Part shown: one piece after another, positions 1-12,800 of the stretch
How the letters are laid out: every line of letters begins with the position of its first letter
Position numbering within the stretch: the stretch's first letter is position 1
Program-made: the position numbers and the translations under genes
The notes under the pieces: generated by a model
The model's input: only the letters and a program-made list of their open reading frames with translations
Told to the model about the DNA's origin: nothing
The model's database searches: none
Origin: Zygophlyctis sp. KS116
Taxonomy: Eukaryota > Fungi > Chytridiomycota
NCBI GenBank assembly: GCA_054661495.1
Contig: BAAFSQ010000078.1
Coordinates: 7,664-39,663, forward strand
DNA length: 32,000 bases
Direction: 5' to 3'

Positions 1-147
1 ATCCTTTTCACGGGAATATACTTGATCAAACGGCGTATTCCAATTGATTTCCTTGGCTGCTGATCCCCAGAATTCAAGCGGTTTAGAAAGACTAGCAGCA
101 TGAAGAGTCTTTTGCAAATCAAACAACTTGTGATATCTTTTAATCAT
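1..147 (-). CDS. Acetyl/propionyl-CoA synthetase (ACS/PrpE/ACSS3 family), N-terminal part; runs off the window start
   Basis: Hand translation from ATG 147: MIKRYHKLFDLQKTLHAASLSKPLEFWGSAAKEINWNTPFDQVY. This matches the ACS N-terminal pattern 'SL..P..FW...A..I.W..PF..V'. Not in the ORF track. Confidence 0.75.
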   Translation of the reverse strand, partial: MIKRYHKLFDLQKTLHAASLSKPLEFWGSAAKEINWNTPFDQVYSREKD

Positions 148-205
148 TCCTAAACTTTGTATCGTAGGGCAGTTGCAGTTAATTAAAAGTCGCCTCCGAC
201 TGTAA

Positions 206-1905
206 ATGATATCCTCAGCATCTCAACTGAAATCCCCAAAAATGAATGCATCACTTGCAGACTCATTGGGGATCCCTGTAAATGAATCGTTAAAGACCAA
301 AATCCCACTGCGACAAATTGTACAATTTGCCGAACGTCTACAAGCTCAAAATTTGGAAGTAATAATGTTTATTCTTAATGATCAAGGGGAAAGCCGAGCT
401 TCAAAAATTGAAGGAAGAGAATATTATATTAAAAAATCAATGTAAAGACTATAATGCGGTAAGATTGGATTACGTGTAATCTGATAAGATGAAGGCAGAA
501 ATTGACCAACTGCATAAAAAATTAAGAGAATTTGAAGATCTCAAGGCTGCGATTCAAATAGTAATTATTTTTGGTTGATCTATAGTTGAAATCAGAAAAG
601 ATTTCACTTCAAGAGACTGTGGATGTCATGGCTATTCAGTTAAATTATATGCCTATTGTATACTTTACAGATTTTGATTATTTAGCTTCAACATGAACTT
701 AAATGCGAAGGAGAAGAAAATCAGTTGCTAGGGAGTAAAATTGATGATATGAAATTGGTATGTTGTATTCTTGTCATGAAAAAGATGAATCAAAAGTTAC
801 AGGACCGTGTAAAAGAGATGGAAGATTCTGCGAATGCGTTTGATGTTCGGCTTGATGGACAACTCCGGACTGTAAATAGGCTTTCAAAAGAAAACGCTGA
901 ATTAAAAAAGATTAATGAAGATTTGGGAACGAAATTGGAATTGGTATAAAGTCTAGTTTAATGTATTCTAGTTTTTAAATGATCAGCTAATCAAGGATCT
1001 TGGATACGAAGATATAGAAAAGCTTTTAAAAAAAGCTGCTCTCTTGAAAGATGTAGATCAAGAACATATATTATTTGAGAAAAAATTACTTCAACAGCTG
1101 GACAAGTTGAAAAAGGAAAACAGGAACCTGCTCACAGAAAAGATTAAGTTGGAATCAGATTTTTGGGGGAAAGACTATGAAGCATCTAGTAATGTCAAAT
1201 TACTAGAGAGTGATTTATTAAAGGTGATTAGCTTAAAGATTAAGGAATCAGACTAAAAAATCATTAACTGGACTTCAATCGGATTTGGACAGTAAGTCAG
1301 AAACAATTGAAAATCTACAAATCGAGCGAAATGAGGTAAATCTGGCGTAAATAATTTTGTAGTTGAGACAAATTAAGGAGTCACTAAACAATCAAGTTTT
1401 CTCTAAATCTTGCATGATCGAGAAGATGCGCGAATCACTTTTGAAGCTCAAGGAGAGAATAGAAAGGGATGTAATTGAACTGTCATCGATTACAAAGAAT
1501 CTTTCTATCCCGGATATACCAGCTTATATTTTCAAAAACTCTACATCAGTTCAAACATTATTTGAGGAAACAGAGACACCTGACGTCTCAAAATACCAAG
1601 AAAAAATAATGGATTTAGAAACCGAGGTCACTGCACTTTCTCTTTATGTAACAAAAATGGTATCCAGAGTAGCTGGTAACCAGAATCTACAATCAGCATT
1701 GTTTTTTGACAAGCAAAATCAGGATCTTTCGCCACCATCGCCGGCCGAGACTGCGGATACACCTGAAGGATCTAATTCCCCCAAATCTTTTTCAAACAAG
1801 GAATTAAGTTTGGCTGATTCTAAACGTCAGCAAATCCTTAAAGGTACTACCGAATGGATCAGAGGACTAACACTGTTTAATGCAGCCCAAACAAATCCTT
1901 CCTAG
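206..1905 (+). CDS. Uncharacterised long coiled-coil protein, 492 aa, 8 introns
   Basis: GT-AG introns 359-386, 459-488, 561-585, 658-685, 758-784, 944-971, 1224-1251 and 1336-1362 join four ORF-track fragments into one frame (1479 nt). The sequence is rich in E/K/L/Q heptads. Confidence 0.75.
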
Positions 1906-1966
1906 CATAAAACTTTCAAATGTTTTTTATGAAATATTATTTTTTAAATGCTTATTATTAACTGAT

Positions 1967-2620
1967 TTAATCCATCAAATACAATACCGGATGAGAGTTT
2001 TCCATGTAATCTTTTCCTCCACTTAACCACTGTCCCCATTTTACTCTTGGAGTAACTTTGTCCAACTGTCTTTCATTCTTTTCCATACCCATTACAGCCA
2101 CATGCCTTGTTCCTTTTATCCCAAAATCTATTCTTCCATCTCTAGCTGAAACTATTACATCTTTCAACTTCATCCTTGAACCATCTGTTCTGTTATAGAC
2201 TCGAATCCGTGAATCCTCCCAATTCCGTTCTTCATCTTCATCATCAACTGTCCAGCAAGGAATATAATCAATTTCTAAAAATATAGAGGCGGCAACTCTA
2301 TGATGCCCATCCAAGATAACCCGTGGGGCTGATAGAGTTATAACGGGAATTGGCACTAATTCATAAAGCGGTAGAGTTTGTAAATGTTCAATCAAGTTTT
2401 GTAAATGAGGGGCAGATGTATGTTCATGCGGAATCAGTTTTTTGGGATCAACCCAACGAATTTGAGGATGCGGTAATTCCTCAAATGGATCCTTAAATTA
2501 CATTAAAACAAATACCTGAATTAGATCTCCATAACTAGCAAGTAAACCGACTTTAGTTCCATCTTGAATAATCAATGGCAATCGGCATAGAATGTAGAGA
2601 ATTAAAATATAGTGGTTCAT
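1967..2620 (-). CDS. ParB/sulfiredoxin-fold protein resembling SbnI and archaeal ParB-like proteins (possible small-molecule kinase), 209 aa
   Basis: One 24-nt intron at 2492-2515. Motifs LIPHE, VILDGHHRVAA, IPCW and 'KDVIVSARDG..FGIKGTRH'. The first in-frame ATG is at 2620. Confidence 0.7.
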
Positions 2621-2625
2621 AAATC

Positions 2626-3882
2626 CTAGAAATTTATTAGATTTTCCAAGGCTTTGCGTGCTGTGGAAACTGAGCATTGATCTTGTCCGAAACAGACTGT
2701 TAAATTCAAAATCTGTCCATTATAAATCATTCTTAAAATAGTTGATTCATCATTCTTTGAATCTCTAACCCATGTTTCAATCATCAATGAAGAAATATAA
2801 GGAGGCCAAAACTGATGATGAGTAGAAAATATTGATAACAAAGACATTAAATTTGTATCATGTACAGAGTAAAATCTAATAGGATATTCAGAATGCATTG
2901 AATTATCCAATATCTCTTTGAGAATTTCAGACATTCTTAATCTAGTTTCTTCAATTCTCGATGAATTAAATTCAAATATTGACCACCATTCTGCCATTTT
3001 ATAGACTTGAGTCTTTTTTTCTAGAGATACGCATTCATGAGTTCCACAGATACCAGATTGTCCATGGCACTCTCGACATCTAAATTGATCAAAGTAATGA
3101 TTAATTCCTAAATCACTGTTTGTAATTCTATCTAGTTCTAATTTTAGAACTTGAGATGTTTTTATATAGTCTGTGTATTGTGTTGATTTTGAACGTGCAG
3201 AGTCATAAATGTGTGCATATCTATCATTTTTACCATTATGACGATCAAATCTTAAATGCAGAGAATCAACCAATGCAGGCCTAACATGAATAGGAATATC
3301 ATCTGATGAATTTGGGAAGAATCCTTGTAAGACATATTTAGCAGTTTCAATAGTCCGAGGTACATCAGTTGAGCGTACAAATACTTTATCTATAGAAAGA
3401 GATTGATTGTCTTTACTAAAAATGTTTCTATATATTTTAGCCAATTCCTTTCCCAAAGTTTGAGACTGTTTGCGGCCTAATGATGTGAGTTGACCAAAGT
3501 TGCAGCTTCCTGCCCACATTCTTGAGCCGTGGGGAATTGAGATTTTAATCCGTGATTTACTATATGACTCTGCCGTTTCATCTGCGCATTGATAAATTCC
3601 ACTATCGCTTACAAGAGAGTGAATGGGTGTCCGATCACCATGCCGATGGAATATCTGAACGGATTGAAGTTTTGCTTGAGGAATCTATTATAAGACTATA
3701 TTTTGTACAGTTGAATAAGTAGTTTCACTTGGCATATCTGCCTGGCAATAATTATAACCATCTGTTGAGGGAAGAATTATATCATTCCATGGGTGGACCT
3801 CATAGTGTCTCCAATGACTTTGCAAATGGATGAATACAAGACAAATAAAATGAATTATCTGTTTACCCGTTAAAGTAGTCAT
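2626..3882 (-). CDS. Histidine acid phosphatase (branch 2), secretory-pathway type, 410 aa
   Basis: A 24-nt intron at 3685-3708 restores RHGDRTP. Also has GQLT, RSTDVPRT, an HD motif (SVHDT), WPPY, and a hydrophobic N-terminus (IIHFICLVFI). Confidence 0.9.
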
Positions 3883-3890
3883 TTACTTTA

Positions 3891-6800
3891 TCAAAGTTGC
3901 GGCTCCGACCGATTAAAATGATGTTTGTCTTTGAGCAGGGGAAGTTTCAAAAAGTTCTTTCCTTTGTTGTTTGATGTACAATCATGTGGACGAGTGAATT
4001 TGATTTCATAAAACCAACAATAATCATCAGTCTTTGATTAAATTTAAAAAAATACCTCGATAACAAGAACAGAGCTGGAATATTTTGAGTTTTGCGGTGA
4101 CTTTAAACACACATTGAACATATTATCAGAATTTTTCATCAAAGAATCAGGCTTGAGTATCCCAGATGAAGGACTGACCAGAAACTGATCACCTTTAAGA
4201 AAATATGCAGTGAATTTCTGATCTTTGGGGCTCCTTGCTTTAATCATAAAGGAAGATTCAAACGAATTGGTTCGCTGATTGTTTTGTAAAATTATTGTTT
4301 CTTTCAATGAAGGAAGTGTTACCGCCAAATGTACCGGGATTTTCCATCTACAAAAAGCTTTTTGATTTGTAATGCAAATTGATCCGACAACATCAATAGG
4401 TTTTTTTGAGCATAATGTTATATTTAACTGTATAAGAACTTTTGAAGCTGCTAAAGCCTTGTATTCACTTATATTCACTGCCAGAAATTTCTCTAATTCC
4501 ACATTTTTTAAAGATTCAAACGAAATAACCAATCGTTCCTTGAGTGTAGACAATGTTTCATCTTCAAATCTTTGTCCTATAAGTTCAATTTCGATATTCT
4601 TGACCATTTTATCTCGGGCTCTGGACTCTACAAGAACTGTCTTAATCGGCAAAATGGTTTCTACTATTCCACGAACAGGATAAATCCATTTCATTTCTTC
4701 ATTCATATAAATCGAAATTTGTGCAGTTGAGAATTGCAATTCTTTCGGGGAAAATGTAAATGGTATATCAATTGCATCTCCAACCCCAACGTTGAAAGTC
4801 TTCCTTTTTGAAAGCATTAGGTTGAATTGATTGGCTTCCTGAATAAGTTCAATCGACAGCGATATCGTTTCTAGGAATGGATTGGGAAATTTAAGCACAT
4901 GTGATTGTGTGATATTTACTGAAGATAGTACGACAATTTCATCCATTATTTCAGGCTTCGTTCCAATTCCCTAGCTGATTAATTTTATAATCTCACTTCA
5001 AGACTATATATACTCGTTCCATTGACTTCACTTTCAATAGTAAGTCGTGATTTGCTGGATCCAAGAAGACTTCTTGGACAAAAAGTAATTTCAACATCTC
5101 TGCATTCATTTGGTATCAGCTCGAAGGAGATGGATTGCTTTTTTTCTGATTTTTCAGAAGAATAATGATCAGACAAGAAAAAATCGCTTGTATCCTCTAC
5201 ATGAGCCAGGAATTTAGATGGTCTCAATCCAAAATTTCTAACTTCCAATTTATAAACCTAAATATCAACAATTGAAAAGTCTTTACAGACGTTTTTCCAA
5301 TAGGGCAACTGAAAGTTGGCAAAATGATAGGAGGCGACTTATCAGATGTTAGCAGCAATTCATACCCAAACTCCCCAATACTCTCTGAAGTAAAATATAT
5401 AGACCCCTTAGAGGAATAAGAGAGTCCTAAATTATTAACAAATTATTGAATTTACTTGGAGTGTAAAATACCGTATATTCGACTTCTTCTAGCGAGTCCA
5501 AAAATATATCAGCTTCATTTTCAAGCGAGAGATCATTTCCTTCAAGAGTCACTTTCATTTTGATCGAACTTTCTGTTGGATTTTTTAATGGAATTTTAAG
5601 TTCCACAGGCTTTCCAGCGACCGTTTTCAAAATGATTTGGGATTCAGGAGGAGGCCTTTTGATTTGAAGCTAAATATTATCGTAAAAAGTCTTACTTGTA
5701 TTAAATACCAGAGATATGACTGATCGTGTCGATTTACAAACTTTAATATCCCCTGAAAAGTGCCGGAAAATTTAGGAAGGATAGAAAATCTGAATATGGA
5801 AGATGAACTTCTATGAACTTTTATACTTTTTGGCCCTGTAAAGTTTGATAGGTCAGTCTGAACTTCATAATTGACATCTTTTTCTGTAATGTTTTTAACT
5901 GCCAGTTCCTGACTAATCTATCAAATGATTAATTATTGTAAGATACCAGACTCCTAGCTGCTCCTTCAATAGTAATTTCAGATTCAGGAAAAGGATCAGA
6001 AGCTATACCTTTCAAGCTATATGAGTTGTTCTGAGAATCAGCCATGTTTTTTAAACTTAAATTAGATTGATAATCACCGGCCTTATAAGGAATAAATGAT
6101 ACAGGATAATAACTTATTTTTTTTGCTGGAGCTAAAATAGAAAACGGCCCATAAAATCCGACATCATTGTTGAAATGCGCCTAAAATTAGAAGCAATATA
6201 TCACTCTAATCGTCCATTCATTATCAGAATTATTAATTATCGGAATTTCCTGAACAACCTCTTGACGGGCAGGAGCAGAGAATTCAAAATCTGCCTTTCG
6301 ACCTTCCATACGCACAGAACAATTTAAATTATATATTCTAATGTCTGTTGTGTCCTTAGATTTAAGAGTGATCTGACAAGCGTATCTTCCAGCTAACTAA
6401 TATCGATTAGTTATACGCTTTTGATTACCTTTGGTGAAAATCTAATGGGAAGATCCAATTGTGAACCACTGGTTTCAAATACATTTTTAAAAGCATTTTC
6501 CGAAAACGGATTAATTACAACGTCTGAGGGCCCTGAAAATACATCGTTAGAATAATTAACCTGTATTTAAAATGCATAGGATTCTTACAGAATACGCCAA
6601 AGGCTTCTTGGGTAAAATAAACGCATCTTTTTCTGAGTTATAAAAAGAACTATTCTTCATTAGATACTTATGAGTATCAGCTATTTTTGGAGAATTTCCC
6701 AAAAGCATAATATTGTGTATGGCTCGATCTCGGACAGGATTATTGTGAAATATTTTTATGGATTTCTCTAATAGGCCTTCCGATTTACACACCCAATTTA

Positions 6801-9800
6801 GAGTTTCGGTTTGAATAGGCAGTTTGGGTATTCCTTCAACCTTATATAAAAATTCACCGACTTTTTCGTCATAGAAATGTAAGTAGCAGCCAGTTTCAAA
6901 GAGCTTAAAATTTAAAAACAAAAAGTCGTTACCTCAAATGGAATGTAATAAATCTTCAGATTTTTAGATCCTCGCGCCTCTATATCAATAATTGAATCTA
7001 AAATTTTAAATGGAGCAGGGTTATAGCTTTCATGTATGCGTTCCTTAACGATAAAAATAAAGAAAATTTCTTACAGAAGCACAATTTTGTATGTCTTTCT
7101 AATTTATATTAAAGATTCTTATCCTACCTTAAACTGACGCATATTTATCTTGAATGAGCCAGGCTGATCGAAAATATTTGTAATCGACAACTGCATGCTC
7201 TGAACAGGATTAGCGTAAACTTCAGATGTTATTTTGAATATTTTGGTGGGCAAAAGTTCCTTTATAGTGCTAAACAAAGATATCGAAATGATAGATGAAT
7301 GGTTTAACCCCAGCTGAGATGAAATGAGCTGTAATTTTGCTTCTGACCGTTTTACAAATCGACTTTTAAATAAAACTTTCAGATATGAGCTGGATTTGGA
7401 AGGTATTTCGAATTTCAAATCCTGGACAGAAAAATCAGTAGATCCCTCCATAGTGCAATTGTACTTGATCATATGATGATTTGAATTCGATAAGTAAATT
7501 CGCTTTTCTACCGGTTCTAATATATTGGCTGTACACTCTATTTGAAGTTGATTTTTAAACTGAGGCAACGTTTGATATAAAAATAAAACTAGGAGAGGCA
7601 TATCGACCGCTTCCCAATCAACATCATCAATCTTAGTGAAAAATGGCTGGTTTCCAAAAACCTCTTTTAAGCATATCATGGCACTACCCCAGTCAATATT
7701 ATCTAAAGATTTGAACAATTTTACCACGTGCTTTGATCGATCTACAATATAGTGAGAAATCAACATTATGATGTATTTTGGCTCTTTAAAAAAATCCTGG
7801 AAACTTGAAATACATGTATCTACTTTCATAAACTAAATGTAAGTATGTGTTAAGCTTTACTTACCACCGATATAATATAGCTGCACCATTTTAATAGAAT
7901 ACTTTCTGAAACGCTGAAAACGTTTGATGTCTTAAAACCCCAAGTAGTTGTAATTTGAGCACCTTCATTTAGCTTAAAATGTTTAAGGGTAACAGTATTT
8001 ATGGTGTAAATTTTAAATATTTGTAAGAATAAGGTAGTCCAAGCTTCAACAGAGATTAACTTTTGATATTTTTTAAAGTTTCTGTACCACACTGAAAACC
8101 GATCTGCTATCGTTACGCTATAATTTGATTGCTAATGTTATATCTGTCAAAAAGTTACAATTTGTTTGATTTTGTCCTCAACAAAATAATTAAAATCTAT
8201 TTCAGAGAGGAGAAATTCAGGCTTTACGGAGCTGAGATATGCACCATTGTTTTTGAGATAATTCAAAATTAAACCATATTGCTGTAATGTTTCTTTATAC
8301 TTTTCGGAGCTGGGAATAGCTATGATTATGAGACAGTTATTAAATACATATGCTTATAGAGGTCAATCCTGGTATCTTTCGACCTGAAAAAAAGTATATA
8401 ATATCTGCAATCGCCTTTCCTCTTGTCTCGATGAGATTTTCTGGGAAAGCCGGCCCTAATTGTGATTTCAATGATTCATCCACCCAATTCCATAAAATTG
8501 ATGAAGTTCTATTGAAAAATGAAAGTGCGTTTTTCTCATCTAATGCACTAGCAATTTTTAAACCAGTAGCCGTGAAAAATATTTTTTGATCCCGAAATCG
8601 GTCCCTAAGATTATTTAAAACTTTAAATTAATTACAGTTTAGGCTTTAAATCTAAATCACCATTCTTCAGCAATTTCACAGACTTGTCGCGTTCATCAAA
8701 TTTTAGGTTATAGTCTTTAGAGTTTTCCCAAATGAAGCTTTGTAGTGAAAAAAGAGAGTTATCGCTTGTACCATGGACAGTAATAAAAAATGAATTTTTA
8801 GCCGAGTCTATAAATTCGACTTTGGTTGAAAAGCTACATGGAACACTTGGCTCTGAAGAGTTTCGAGAACCGAATCTGAAGGCAGCATGAAGTTTTTCAC
8901 CATCTCCTTTTAGTATTTTAGACTCTAAATACTCAACTGTGAGAAATAGATTATGATTTTCTAGCTCCAGCTCCAACATTGACGTCAATTCCTTTCTTTC
9001 ACAGCCATAATTAATTATCGAGAAGAAAGCTACTGAATCAGATCCAGCAGCTAAAATGGGAAGAAATATTTCCGGAGGATCGAATACTATTGATGGATTG
9101 ACACCAGTCCCACAGATGTAAATCGGAAATTCAGCTGTTGTTTCCATATAATCTACCAATAAATAGATTTCGGTTTCATATCTTTCTGCTTTTTCAGGAT
9201 TAAAAAATATTGCCACATTTTCTGTTTGGTTAGCCGCAACAGTTCCTTCACTTGATTCTATTTTATATGTTCCATTCTGAAAAAGTGAATTCTTCGGACC
9301 AACATCAATCTTCCAAGTAAGCTCTCGATTTGTATTATTCTTAAATTGTAAAATCTCTTTTTTTGCTGACCCAATGTGAGGGTCATTCGTATGTTCAAAT
9401 ACAACTTTCATTTGAAAATCTAAAACCTTAGTTAAGACCAAAATCGGAGAAGGTATGCTCTTCAGTTCTAACGGTAAATTTATCTTTTGATCTTGCCCAA
9501 TTAAAACCACTGGAACGCTGAAACGTAATTCTTCGGAAAAAATTGGAGAATACTTAAGAATCATTTCAGTGGCTTGCATAGGAAGTACATCAACTATGTA
9601 CAAAGATCCAGATATGTTTAAATCATCCATAGATCCCATTGAATCATAACAGTAAAACTCGCTATCCTTCGATATTTCAATAATCGGTGAAATATCACTG
9701 ATTTCTTTTTGCCTGTCTTCGAGGTTTTTAGGTTCCGTTTTAATTTCGTTTAGAGGCAATATTTTTAGTGTATTCTGTAATCTGAAGTCAATGATATATC

Positions 9801-12800
9801 TATTGATTGTGAGACCATCATTCCTTAGAACTAATTTGTGCGTCGATGAGCATCCAACAATGACTTCATTTGAATCTCCAAGATTTTTAAGCTCCACCGT
9901 AGTCTTGGCCTGAGTGGCCTCATATTTAAATGGTAATTTAATAACCATCTCCCCTCCCGCGATATATATAGCCAGAATTTCATTGAACGAACCAATTTTG
10001 TTGGGGCTGATTTTAAGAGCTAGTTCAAATATATTTCCATTTCCTTTCATGATGCCAAATCTAGAAGATAATAATATATCAGGATTTCCACTCAAGATAT
10101 TAGCCGTAAATATTGCTTGATGCGGCGAAACATTTTTTAATTTCACTGTATAGCATCCAATCAACAGATTTTTAATTCTTACTTTTGTAGCCACTTTAGA
10201 TAATAATATGTCATATTTTGGATCAATTTGACATGCCAGTATCCCGAAATCAATCGGACTGCTTTGAGCTTTTGTTCCTATTACGGAGCATTGTGGAGAG
10301 TTTATTTTACCCTCAAATGGGATAATCACAGTTTCCAAAACTTGCTTAGCTGCTCCAAAAGTATCTTCGATTCTAATAACAATATCAGCTTCAAGTTTTG
10401 ATTTGATTCCCGGAAAGTATGTCAAGGTGACGGCTCTGGACTGCCTAGGAGGAACTTCGCCCATAGATGGCTCAACCAATAAGAAGCCATCAATGCTTAT
10501 TATTTCAGATATAGAATGTTTGTTCCCATTTTGAGCTTCAATTTTACAAGAAAATCCACACGGATAATTTCCTTCATTTTTTAATAGTATTTTATGTACG
10601 GCTGTGGGCAAAGAAAAATTGGTTTCAACCTTTATGATCGGAGTCATTGGTGAAAAGATACGATCTTCTTTATCCGAAAGCGCACTATCAGCCGTTACAT
10701 AATCCGCCAATAATTCGATTTTCTTTGTATCTAGTTGGAGTTTCAATGCCAAAACGTTAGCTTTGACATTTACAAAATATTTATATCGCTGATTAACCGT
10801 GTATGCAATGACAAAATTATATTGCCCCGTTTTATGGCTAATAAATTTTAAATTAACTCCAGCTATTGACATAGATGGCAGTATTAGCAAATCAGACGAC
10901 GAGGATAATATGTTATTGTATTCTGAATTTTCGCTGATAATTTCTATTGAAATATGAATCGGTTCACTAGAATTGATAATATTTAAGAAATTAAGAGGGG
11001 AGAAATTAACAGAGTGTGTAGAAACATTTCCAAGATCGATCTCAGCTCTAGATACAATAATTTTTTGCAGATCCTCAGAGGAAATATGTGAATCTATCAA
11101 AGTTGGGAATTCTTGTTGAGATTCCAAGCTGAAGACAATTGGTTCTTGTAATTTCAAAAGTAATGCTTTGATTTTTCGGTTCAAGGATGATTCAGACTCT
11201 TGTTTCCTAATAGTTTTACCATGATCTACCAAATGTGAGCCTATATTAATGTGCTCAGGAACTTCCAGCCCATTACCTCTATCAATCTTTCTAAAATCAC
11301 TCGTGGAGGAATCAAATAATTGACCGTCGCTTCCAAAGTATCGATTTTTTTGAGCATCTAATCGAGCAATTCGATTCTCTTTGAGCATTTGAATGTATTT
11401 GTTCTGATGATTTATCTTTTCTTTCCATTCGGAGTTTACCTTTTCGGAGACCTGCATATTTTCAATTGGCGGAATTTCAAGAGGCCTGATCTTGCTATCT
11501 ACAGGCTTGGGCTTATGAAGATTATGAATGTCGAAATATGATGTGGCTAAGAATTTGTGCGTGCAAGTTCCCTTTAGAATGATATTAGAAACGAATATAG
11601 ATGGCACTTCAACCGTTTCTCTCGAAATTATTCTTTGCTCTAATTTAGATCCACCAATTTTATTTAGCCGCTGCTTTCCCAGTGATTTTTTGAGTTGCTT
11701 TAAATCAAAAATATGACATTGCACCACCCGCTCAAACTTCCCAAATTGATTAGGTGAAAAGGATGCGCGAATTCTAACTGAAGAATTCAAAGGAAGTGAT
11801 CCTATTCTTGGATTGAATTCAAATTGCGCAACATTTTCAAATCGAAATCCAAATCCTAATAATTCACTACAGTTTTTAATTTCAAAATCTGTAAAAGAAG
11901 AAGATCCCACATCTATTTCACCAAAGTCTATTGTTTTTGTTGATACGCTATACTGTAAGGGGCAAGATTTTGCAGTAAGTAGAAGAGGTATTGGCATCTG
12001 TCCAGCTGTTGGTTTAATTTCAATTGTAGGGTTTATAATTTTCAGAAGCATTGGAACAGAGAATGAGGCAACTGACTCTATCGGTCTATTTGTCTGCCAT
12101 CCCTTTTCTGGCTTTTTTAACTTTGGAGAAAATTCGAACCTTACTTTACAGGATTTGAAAGGATCTAAAATTCCTTCTGATGGTACAGCCACAATACATG
12201 AATTGACCGCCTGATCCTTAGCCAACATAATATTATTGGAAATAGTATGTGAAGGATCTGATTCAGAATAAATTATCCATTTTAAACAATCAGGACTATT
12301 ATTTACAAGTTTAAATTGCAGTGTTCCATTTTGATTGCAATACACAGTTCCAAAATCCAATTTTTGCGTATTTATACTTGTACCATCACGATTTACTAGA
12401 GTCAGTTTATGTTCAAAAACATTTGCGACAATTTTCAGTGGTTTCTTCTCTCTATGAAGTGCTGCAACTCTATTTTTGGGGGTTGAGATTTGATTTTGAC
12501 TCTCCAAATAAACGATTTCAGAAAAGTTTCCAATTTTTCCTGGGAAAAAATCGACTGTGATTTTACAACTGGATCTATTTTTGTTATCTGCACCATCTAA
12601 AGTAAAGTTTGACGGCGTTAGTTTCAAATATTTCGATTTTACTATCCAGGAAAATGAGCCACAAGTTTTTCCTAAATTCTCCACCAGAAACTGTTTTGAT
12701 ACCCAATCCTCTTTATCAAAATATAATTGAAATCCGAAATCTAACTTTGATGCAAACTTGACGTTTGGTGAATTAGGAAACGCTTCGATTGGCAGAATAA

